This document shows positions 28,389 to 35,788 of a stretch of DNA of 63,972 bases, in pieces. The translations under genes were made by a program, and so were the position numbers. The stretch comes from Candidatus Micrarchaeia archaeon. Its GTDB lineage: Archaea; Micrarchaeota; Micrarchaeia; Norongarragalinales; CAINOH01. Each line of letters starts with the position of its first letter. Position 1 is the first letter of the stretch. The notes under the pieces were generated by a model. That model was given only the letters and a program-made list of their open reading frames with translations, was not told the DNA's origin and did no database searches. The stretch lies in assembly GCA_041663565.1 (NCBI GenBank), contig JBAYMJ010000005.1, forward strand, positions 1-63,972, read 5' to 3'.

Positions 28389-28756
28389 CGGCGAGACCTC
28401 CTTGCGGCAGGCTTTGCCTTGCCGGACTCAGCAAGCTGGGCGTATACGCGCTTGCGCAGGCCGAAGAAGTACTCGCCCTCGACCACTATTATGAACACCG
28501 CAGCGCCGAACACCGCGCCTGCGATGAACGAGTTGAACAAGAGGCCCGACACGGTGACGACCCTGCCCGAAGCCTCGGTTATCGCAGTTGAGTAGGTGGA
28601 CTCGAAGTAGTTGTACACCAGGGTGATGGCGATGATGCACACTATCATTGCGGCGTACCGGAGGTTGGGCGAGAACCACTGCCTGCGGTGCTGGTGGAGC
28701 CCGGAATAGACCTTCAAAAGGGCCTTGTGCCTTTCCTTGAGCATAACAACCTTCAC
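28385..28756 (-). CDS. Membrane protein (2 TM with short external loop)
   Basis: 123 aa; basic termini, two TM helices. Confidence 0.72.
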   Translation of the reverse strand: MKVVMLKERHKALLKVYSGLHQHRRQWFSPNLRYAAMIVCIIAITLVYNYFESTYSTAITEASGRVVTVSGLLFNSFIAGAVFGAAVFIIVVEGEYFFGLRKRVYAQLAESGKAKPAARRSRR

Positions 28757-28787
28757 TCTCCGATATTTGAAAACCCTTTGCCTGCCC

Positions 28788-29084
28788 CTAGTGCTTGCCC
28801 AGCCCGGGGATGAACGGCAGCACCATGGGCAGCATCCATATGATGCCTGAGAATATTATCGCCGAGAACAGCCACATCCCGATTCCCACCACCGGATAGA
28901 CTACGACCAGGTAGTAGATGAGCACGACAGCAACCACGAGGGCGAGCGTGGGCGAGAAGAACGCGAGGTGCTCCTGCGCCCAGTTGTAGAGGTACCACGC
29001 GACCAGCCCCAGCAGTATGAGCCAGGCTATGTCGCCCCAGAAGAAGACGTCGTCAAGCAAGCCGAAAAACGTTGGTGGGAACAT
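28788..29084 (-). CDS. Small membrane protein (3 TM)
   Basis: 98 aa; LYN...LAL...LIYYLVVVYP shared with 28155-28388. Confidence 0.75.
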   Translation of the reverse strand: MFPPTFFGLLDDVFFWGDIAWLILLGLVAWYLYNWAQEHLAFFSPTLALVVAVVLIYYLVVVYPVVGIGMWLFSAIIFSGIIWMLPMVLPFIPGLGKH

Positions 29085-29092
29085 ATCTCAAA

Positions 29093-29542
29093 CTACCTCC
29101 TGCGCATCATCTGGTTGGCCATCTGCTGCTGCTTCTGCTGCATGTCCGCCTGCTGGCTGAGGCTGTCGGCGTACTGCGACTTCTCTGCCGCGGAGACATC
29201 CTCGCCCTTGAGTATCCTCTGCTCAATCTGCTGCAGCTTCATGGCCTCGCGCTGCTCCTCCGGCATCTCGCCGGGCACCTCGACGTTGAACGTGCGCAGT
29301 ATCGGGTAGACGGCAAACGACAGTATCATCTGCAGGTTCTGGCCGAACATGACGAACACGAAGAACAGGGTCACGAGTGCCATCGTAAGCAGCGAGTTCG
29401 AAAGCAGGAAAGTCGCGCCAGCTATGGCCGCGAGGGCGAATATCATGGGCTGGTCGTGGAAGTTTATGTAGAGGATGTAGAGTATGTACGAGCCGGTGAG
29501 CACTAGGGCGACGAAGAACATGTCGGAGAAGAACTCGTCCAT
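29093..29542 (-). CDS. Membrane protein with Gln-rich coiled-coil tail
   Basis: 3-4 TM helices followed by QQADMQQKQQQ. Confidence 0.72.
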   Translation of the reverse strand: MDEFFSDMFFVALVLTGSYILYILYINFHDQPMIFALAAIAGATFLLSNSLLTMALVTLFFVFVMFGQNLQMILSFAVYPILRTFNVEVPGEMPEEQREAMKLQQIEQRILKGEDVSAAEKSQYADSLSQQADMQQKQQQMANQMMRRR

Positions 29543-29611
29543 GAAGAAGGCGAGCGGCAGGAACGGCGTGACCATCAAAGAGTTGTAGCCGCCGCCCGAA
29601 TAAAAAGCATT

Positions 29612-30100
29612 TCAGCAGGCCGCGCCCAGGGAGCATCCGAGGAAGCCGAAGCTTGTGAGTACGAAGGGCCTGGCGAACATAAGCACCAGGAGCAGGCCGA
29701 AGCCGATTAGCGCGAGCTTGATGCCCTCGGACCAGTAGTTGTATATGTTGCCCTCGCCCGACCAGTCGGCCATGACGCCCTCGCCCAGCTTGGAGGCTGC
29801 AAGCATCGCGCACAGCTCGGGGAGGATGAAGACCAGGTCGTAGACGGGGAGTATGGACACGAGCACGGCGTACTTGGTGCCCTCGATGGCCATCGCAATG
29901 GGCGCGCCCATGCCGAAGAGGAGCAGGGAGAATATGAGTACGAAGAAGTACGCGTTCATGTAGCTCAGCGCGTCGTCCTTGATGAAATAGTACGGCGGCG
30001 CGTAGGTGACCTTCTCCGTCCCCGGCACGGCATTGTAGGCGAGCACTCCGAAGAAGCTTATGAGGAGGACGGCGAATGCAAGGAGGCTGAGCGCGTTCAT
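29612..30100 (-). CDS. Membrane protein, weakly SpoIIM-like
   Basis: Multi-TM; FILPELCAMLAASKLG resembles the SpoIIM C-terminal PH..E..A..G segment. Confidence 0.6.
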   Translation of the reverse strand: MNALSLLAFAVLLISFFGVLAYNAVPGTEKVTYAPPYYFIKDDALSYMNAYFFVLIFSLLLFGMGAPIAMAIEGTKYAVLVSILPVYDLVFILPELCAMLAASKLGEGVMADWSGEGNIYNYWSEGIKLALIGFGLLLVLMFARPFVLTSFGFLGCSLGAAC

Positions 30101-30201
30101 AGGTATCTGGAGGGAAGGGGCCAATAAAAACATAGCCGGAAAGGGCGTCGGCGCACCTGCAGGCAATAAGCTCTTTATACGGTGCGGGCCAGAAATTCCT
30201 T

Positions 30202-31038
30202 ATGGAGCCGACGCGCTTTGTCAACATCTCGCCCTGCACGGCGTGCCCAAGGGGATGCGCAGGATGCAGCGGAAAGGCCCGGCTTGGCGGCTTGGAAAAG
30301 GATGAACGGCACCTCAGGCTGACCCCGACAGCCCGGAAGACGATTTCCAAACTGGTCAGGGGAGCGGTTGTTGAGGTTGCAGGCGAGACCGGCGACCCGC
30401 ACTACTATAGCCATGGCAAGGACCCAAACAGCAACCTGGAGGGGCTCCACAAGCTGCTGGTCAAGGCCGGCGCAAAGGAGATTACGTACCTGATGAATGG
30501 AGACCTTTTCCGCAACAAGGAAAAGGCGATGGAAGAAGTCTCCCGGTTCAAGAGAATAATCGGCGACCGCCCGGTCAGGATGCAGTACATGATATCAGTA
30601 GGGTTCCCCAAGACCGGCGTAAAGAACTGGCGGAAAATCACTGCCGGGCACCCGAAGGTAAAGGAACAAAACAAAATCCTGGACAACCTGCACGAGGTTG
30701 CGACCCGGCTTGGGGTGGACTACCAGGTCACGCTGCACGGCCATTTCGAAAAGTCCGAGACCGCAAGCAAGGAGTTCAAAAAATACAAGGAAACATTCCA
30801 CCTGCAGGTGCCGTCGGAACAGTCCGCATTCAAGAAATTCTCCTACGCAAAGTGGCTGACCCCGAAGGAAATCGGGGTTCGATACCAGGGCAACCCAGCA
30901 ATAATGCTGGGAGCCGAACCAATCAACATCCTGCACAACGGGCTGATTTACCGCGATTCCGACGGGTTTTTCAAGCGGCCAATCGGAAGCGTCTACAGGG
31001 GCGGGATGTTCGGCGTCGAGGAAGCTTGCAGGAAATAA
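30202..31038 (+). CDS. Divergent radical SAM-like protein
   Basis: CPRGCAGC (Cx3Cx2C), GETGDP in place of GGEP, LMNG in place of TNG. Confidence 0.6.
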   Translation: MEPTRFVNISPCTACPRGCAGCSGKARLGGLEKDERHLRLTPTARKTISKLVRGAVVEVAGETGDPHYYSHGKDPNSNLEGLHKLLVKAGAKEITYLMNGDLFRNKEKAMEEVSRFKRIIGDRPVRMQYMISVGFPKTGVKNWRKITAGHPKVKEQNKILDNLHEVATRLGVDYQVTLHGHFEKSETASKEFKKYKETFHLQVPSEQSAFKKFSYAKWLTPKEIGVRYQGNPAIMLGAEPINILHNGLIYRDSDGFFKRPIGSVYRGGMFGVEEACRK

Positions 31039-31089
31039 TGCCACGGGGCCTTTCCAGGCTTCAGTCTTGCGAATTTCCGGGAAAGAAAG

Positions 31090-31100
31090 TGCGACCACCG
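31090..31100. repeat. Distal att core (copy of the tRNA-Gly 3' end)
   Basis: TGCGACCACCG identical to 52820-52830; on the minus strand it is followed by CTTTCTTTC, like a displaced tRNA terminator. Confidence 0.85.
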
Positions 31101-31196
31101 CATCCTGAGGCGTAGGCTCAGTCCAGCTTTGAATCGTGTCGCAAGATGCACAATTGTGCACTAAATCTATTATTATCTCGTCCTCAGGAGTTGAGG

Positions 31197-32411
31197 ATGA
31201 TGAGAATAAGCGCATCGATATACAGGAACGCCGGGGACCTAGAGGCGGCGTTCCTAAACCTTGAGGCTGACAAGGGCGTCGAACAGGCCAACAAGGAGCT
31301 AATCCGGAAGTTCGTCAACACCTGGCTTGCGAAGGGCTTCACCAGAACGCGTGCAGTCAAGCTGGTTTATGTTCTGCGCAAGCTGGCAAGCGTTCTGAGC
31401 AAGCCTTTCCAGGACGCCACAAAGGACGACCTGATTGCAATGGCAGGCAGGCTGGAGTGCCTGAAGCTTGCGGAAAGCACGAAATACGACCTGAAAGTAA
31501 CCCTAAAGACGTTCTACCGCTGGTTCAAGGGCGGCGAGGATGAAACAACGCCCAGGGAAGTCGCCTGGCTAAAACCGCGAATGAAAAACCGCTCCCACAA
31601 GCTGCCGGAAGACCTTTTGAGCGAGGAAGAGGTCTTGCGGATGGCTCAGGCCGCTACCACCCCACGCGACAAGGCGTTGGTGCTCGTTCTTTATGAAAGC
31701 GGTTGCCGGATTGGCGAGTTGCTATCCCTGAAAATCAAGAACATCAAATTCGACCAGTACGGTGCAATCCTAAGGGTCACAGGAAAAACTGGGGATAGGC
31801 GAGTGCGAATCATCAGCTCCGCACCAGCCTTATCCACATGGCTGGAAAATTACGAGGGAGCGGACGACCTGGAAGCGTACCTTTGGCCGCCCCGCTCAAA
31901 CAATAACCATGAAACTTGCTACCCGGCAGTCCACGCGTCAGTCCACAAAACGCTTGAAAAGCTTGCTTTGGCTGCCGGGATTAAGAAGCGGATTCACCCG
32001 CACTTGTTCCGGCACTCGCGGGCAACGGCCTTAGCTAACAAGTTGACTGAAGCACAGATGAAGGAGTATTTTGGCTGGACGCAATCCAGCAAGATGGCCA
32101 GCGTCTATGTCCACCTAAGCGGCAGGAACATTGACAGCGCCTTGCTGGAACTACAGGGCTTTTCCATGAAGGAAGACAAGCAGGAGGAGCAGATGAACGT
32201 GGTTTTCTGCAAGCGTTGCCACGAAAAGAACTCGCCTTCCATGAAATTCTGTGCACGTTGCGGCTCTCCCTTCAACCAAACCCTGGTTTCCGACGAGTAC
32301 GGCAACAGGTCGAACGAGCTGATGAATGAGTTGTTCCAAGATCCCGAAGTCAAGGAATTCATCGCGCGAAAGGTCATCGAAAAAGGCTTGGTAGACCGGC
32401 TTTCCGCTTGA
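31197..32411 (+). CDS. Tyrosine recombinase/integrase with C-terminal double zinc ribbon
   Basis: YESGCRIGEL (R), GKTG (K), HLFRHSRAT (HxxR), FGW, MASVYVHL (Y); CKRC...CARC. Confidence 0.95.
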   Translation: MMRISASIYRNAGDLEAAFLNLEADKGVEQANKELIRKFVNTWLAKGFTRTRAVKLVYVLRKLASVLSKPFQDATKDDLIAMAGRLECLKLAESTKYDLKVTLKTFYRWFKGGEDETTPREVAWLKPRMKNRSHKLPEDLLSEEEVLRMAQAATTPRDKALVLVLYESGCRIGELLSLKIKNIKFDQYGAILRVTGKTGDRRVRIISSAPALSTWLENYEGADDLEAYLWPPRSNNNHETCYPAVHASVHKTLEKLALAAGIKKRIHPHLFRHSRATALANKLTEAQMKEYFGWTQSSKMASVYVHLSGRNIDSALLELQGFSMKEDKQEEQMNVVFCKRCHEKNSPSMKFCARCGSPFNQTLVSDEYGNRSNELMNELFQDPEVKEFIARKVIEKGLVDRLSA

Positions 32412-32430
32412 AGTCCGTTCAGGCAAAACA

Positions 32431-33318
32431 CTATTTTGCATACGTCTTGTATTCCTTGACGTATCTTTTGAAGAACCACAAGACAAAGACAACATCCGTT
32501 TTCTTTACCTGCGAACGCTCAAGCGCGTTGTAGTAACTGTTCCTGTTCTCGTAAGGGATGTTCAAAAGCGGGAAACCGTTCTTGTACAGCACGAAATTCA
32601 TCAGCAATCGGCTCATGCGTCCGTTCCCGTCACCGAACGGGTGTATTGTCACTAGCTTAAGGTGCACCAAGGCCGCAAGCTCTACTGGGTGCGTCTTTGC
32701 CTTGGCTTTGTTGTACCAGTGGAAGAACTCGTCCAAGGCAGCTGGGACTTCCATCGGGCTTGGCGGCATGAACCGGCTTCCTGAGATTGCGACTTGGTGG
32801 TTCCGTACTTGTCCTGCAATGTCCGGTTTGGTTGATTCGAACAGTTTCTTGTGCCAGTAAAGCACGATGTTCAGGGATAGGTCTTTCTTGTAATCAAGGA
32901 TTTCGTAGAACACTTTTTCGTGCGCCTCTGCTTCCTTGATGTCCTCAAGCGGCTTTGAACGCGGGGAGAGACCTCGTTCGAGGAGGTCTGCGGTCTCTCG
33001 GTAGGTAAGCTTGGAGCCTTCGATGCGGTTCGTGTCGTAGGTGAACTTGACTGAGAATCCGCGAATCTGTTTCTGCAGCGCGGTCTTCGGCATCTTGCGT
33101 TCTTCCTTGTCGCTGTTCTGCCGAATCTTGTCCAGCGTGGAGTGCCACTTTTCCTTGTAGATTTCCGCAAGGAACTCGCTCTTGACTTCCTCAATCTTTG
33201 CCGGGAGCTTTGTCCCAAGGTATTTTTCCTTCGTCTGGACGCCTTTTTCAGTCCGTACGGTGTGCTGGAGGTAATAGTAGGTCTTTCCGTTGACGACTTT
33301 CCTCTTTACGAAGGCCAT
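32431..33318 (-). CDS. Fic-domain protein, class II (internal inhibitory motif)
   Basis: HPFGDGNGRMSR Fic motif; TNRIEG matches the (S/T)xxxE(G/N) inhibitory motif. Confidence 0.93.
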   Translation of the reverse strand: MAFVKRKVVNGKTYYYLQHTVRTEKGVQTKEKYLGTKLPAKIEEVKSEFLAEIYKEKWHSTLDKIRQNSDKEERKMPKTALQKQIRGFSVKFTYDTNRIEGSKLTYRETADLLERGLSPRSKPLEDIKEAEAHEKVFYEILDYKKDLSLNIVLYWHKKLFESTKPDIAGQVRNHQVAISGSRFMPPSPMEVPAALDEFFHWYNKAKAKTHPVELAALVHLKLVTIHPFGDGNGRMSRLLMNFVLYKNGFPLLNIPYENRNSYYNALERSQVKKTDVVFVLWFFKRYVKEYKTYAK

Positions 33319-33328
33319 ACCATATTCA

Positions 33329-33379
33329 TACCCTTACATATTTATAAATAATGCGTTTTATTGCACAAATGTAGGGGTA
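33329..33379 (-). promoter_or_regulatory. Candidate fic promoter with inverted-repeat operator
   Basis: TACCCTTACAT (33329-39) and ATGTAGGGGTA (33369-79) flank TATTTATAAATA. Confidence 0.55.
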
Positions 33380-33450
33380 AAGCCTTTGCCTTCACGCAAG
33401 GGCTTGCCAAGGCGTCTGCCCCAGCCGTTGCCATTGTGCGCTTGGTGTGT

Positions 33451-34385
33451 GTATAATTCTTAGAAGCCATTTACGCTCATTACGCTCAAGCCTCCCGTCT
33501 GAAAAACCTGTTTTTACGGTCAAATTTACGCTCTATTTTTGTTTAAATACGAAACGAGTTTTTGCAAAAACGGTTTACGCTCAAGATTACGCTCACGGTA
33601 TCAAAACTCTCGCTTGATGGTGTAGATATAATTCCTGAACGATTTTTCAGCGAAAACAAGCAAACCCCGCATTCTAGGAACGCTTGAAAATCAAGCGGGA
33701 ATCAAGCGACATTTCTATATATACTCTGTCGCTTGATTCTGTAAAACCGGCCTTGCGAGAGTCAAGCGCAAGAAAACAACCGAATTGACGTTATTTGATA
33801 GATATAATTCTGAGGACGCGATTACGTGGCACGGCACCAGCTTTACAGACGTGAAACGCCCGTTTCAGGCTGCGTTTTTACGTGGCACTTTGAATATATA
33901 CCAAAACCGACATGCCACGTAATCGAAAAGTCCGGGATTCACGTGGCACACACGGGAAAAATCAGCTTACCTTCAGCATCTTTGGGACTTCAAACCAGAT
34001 TACGCTGGCAACCGCAGCGATTATGCAGTAACCGATTTCAGAGGTTGCAAGCGACCCGAACTTGAATATCTGGCCAGGAAGTTCAGGCAATTGGAGAAAG
34101 ACTTCGCCAAAGTCTACATCTTGGTCACGAACAAGAAGCTGAAATACAAGTACACCAAGTACGGCGAGGTCGTGACCAGGGGAACGCTTAGGAAAACGAT
34201 AAGGCAGTTTTTCCGAATCAGAACGCCGGAAAAGCAGCCTGAGATATAGGTTCAGGTAGGGGGGTGTATACATATGGAGTTGGTTAGGGGTTAGAAAATT
34301 GGGGCGTTCCACGAATGGGAGCAGACCCCTAAAAGGCGATAATTTAGGGGTTAGTAAAACGCGATTTCACTTACCCTAAAATTTA
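33451..34385. repeat. Gene-poor block with four successive short-repeat families
   Basis: TTACGCTCA x4 plus variants; TCAAGCG/CGCTTGA x6; ACGTGGCAC x3 plus one inverted; TTAGGGGTTAG x2 plus CCCTAAAA x2; AGATATAATTC x2. Confidence 0.8.
33912..34249 (+). pseudogene. Possible frameshifted gene remnant
   Basis: ATG 33912 frame stops early; a second stop-free frame runs to TAG 34249 (..RKFRQLEKDFAKVYILVTNKK..) with no start codon. Confidence 0.25.
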
Positions 34386-34397
34386 ACGGCAAATCAC

Positions 34398-34931
34398 CTA
34401 ACCGCCGCAACCGCAACTTCCACTTGAGGCAGGAACAGCAACCGTGTTTGTCGGGACACTTCCGGCCCCGTCCTCTACTACGAGCTTTCCGCCACCCATT
34501 CCCATGGAGCAGGTGATTGGGTATGTTCCAGCTTTGTCTGCAGTAAACTCAATGACATTGTCGCCCGCAACAATCCGTTTGCTTATCCCGTATCCTCCTA
34601 TGGTGACTGATGCCATGCAGCCCCGCAGTGTACTAGTGTCGCCCTCAAGCCGCACAACCGTCCCCTGCTTCACCCGTATTTCACTTGGGGTGTAACGCGT
34701 CCCGTCGAATCCGAACTTCACTATAGTCGGTTGATCAACGGCATCAGTGGCCGATGCAGAAGGAACGGTTATTGCAGAGGTAATCACATCAATTTTTTTC
34801 AAAGGCGGGGTGGTTGGGCCTTGCAAGGCGGCTTGCGCACCGGTTGCAGGTGCGCCTGGTGGATGGAAAGCCATCACAAGTCCGAACGATGCCGCTAAAA
34901 GCAATATCGTGGCAAAGATCAAAGGTTTCAT
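34398..34931 (-). CDS. Secreted cupredoxin-domain protein
   Basis: Signal anchor, YTPSEIRVKQG, GC...TCSMGM, C-terminal SCGCGG. Confidence 0.85.
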   Translation of the reverse strand: MKPLIFATILLLAASFGLVMAFHPPGAPATGAQAALQGPTTPPLKKIDVITSAITVPSASATDAVDQPTIVKFGFDGTRYTPSEIRVKQGTVVRLEGDTSTLRGCMASVTIGGYGISKRIVAGDNVIEFTADKAGTYPITCSMGMGGGKLVVEDGAGSVPTNTVAVPASSGSCGCGG

Positions 34932-34948
34932 TGCAAAATCATCTCTCT

Positions 34949-35764
34949 TTAGTTCAACTGATTTTCATTTAAGGGCAAAAAATGAATCATGTCGATTACG
35001 GTGCCAGTCGGCTTGAGCACGCCCACTACTATGACGTCCTTTCCGAAGAACCCGCGGATGATGTCACCGGTTCTTGAGAACAGCTTCTCATCCCTCATGA
35101 CTTTGGCCTCGTCCGACCCAATCACAAGCGGGTACAAAGTCTCTCCCCCGAACTCATGCTCCTTATAATCAGCTGGTGTGCCTTCCGCAAATTCCATCGA
35201 GGGAAGCCGGAAAGTCGAATTCGGAGCCTCGTTGATGCCGATGACGTAGAAGACTTTGGTCATATTTTTGTCGTTTTGCTTGAGGTATATCCGATTCGTC
35301 TGGCCGTTAATCTTGTCAAACTTGTCGCGGTCAAGGAAGTGGAACATGTCCGCGGGAGTATTGGTCTTTTGCAGCACTCCGCCCACTATTACGTCTGTCC
35401 CAAAGAAACTCAGGATGTTGTCGCCAGCCTTTGCGAACAGATTTTCCTTGCGCATCATCTGCGCTTCTGAAAACCCGATGACCACGCTGTCCCCATCGGG
35501 TATGCTGTCGCCCTCAACAACCGGCATCTTTGCCATCGTGTTGACTTTTGCGTTCGCGAATACCTTGAGGACTCCTTCGGGGGTCGTCGCGGCCTTGAGG
35601 CGGATGCCCCCAAAAAGCGCAGTATTCTCCCCTTTCTGCGCGGCAGCCATCCCGCCTTCCGAGAGGCTTCCCTGGAATACATATGCGCCGCCAAGTACCA
35701 CTATTATCAACAGGGAAAATAGCAGTCCCTTGCCGTTCTTGTTAATGAAACCCATGATATCCAT
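34949..35764 (-). CDS. Membrane-anchored protein with an internally duplicated MacB-periplasmic-like domain
   Basis: Repeats VIGFSEAQMMRKE..GD...FFG..V.GVL.KT.T.ADMFHF and VIGSDEAKVMRDE..GD...FFG..VVGVL.PTGT.IDMIHF. Confidence 0.7.
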   Translation of the reverse strand: MDIMGFINKNGKGLLFSLLIIVVLGGAYVFQGSLSEGGMAAAQKGENTALFGGIRLKAATTPEGVLKVFANAKVNTMAKMPVVEGDSIPDGDSVVIGFSEAQMMRKENLFAKAGDNILSFFGTDVIVGGVLQKTNTPADMFHFLDRDKFDKINGQTNRIYLKQNDKNMTKVFYVIGINEAPNSTFRLPSMEFAEGTPADYKEHEFGGETLYPLVIGSDEAKVMRDEKLFSRTGDIIRGFFGKDVIVVGVLKPTGTVIDMIHFLPLNENQLN

Positions 35765-35788
35765 CTTTCTGCACCTCAACCCAATTCG

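Noticed and set aside
33451-34385. CRISPR array or telomere-like repeat (TTAGGGG)
   Set aside because: Repeats are 7-11 bp, irregularly spaced and in both orientations; no constant 25-45 bp repeat/spacer period and no cas genes.
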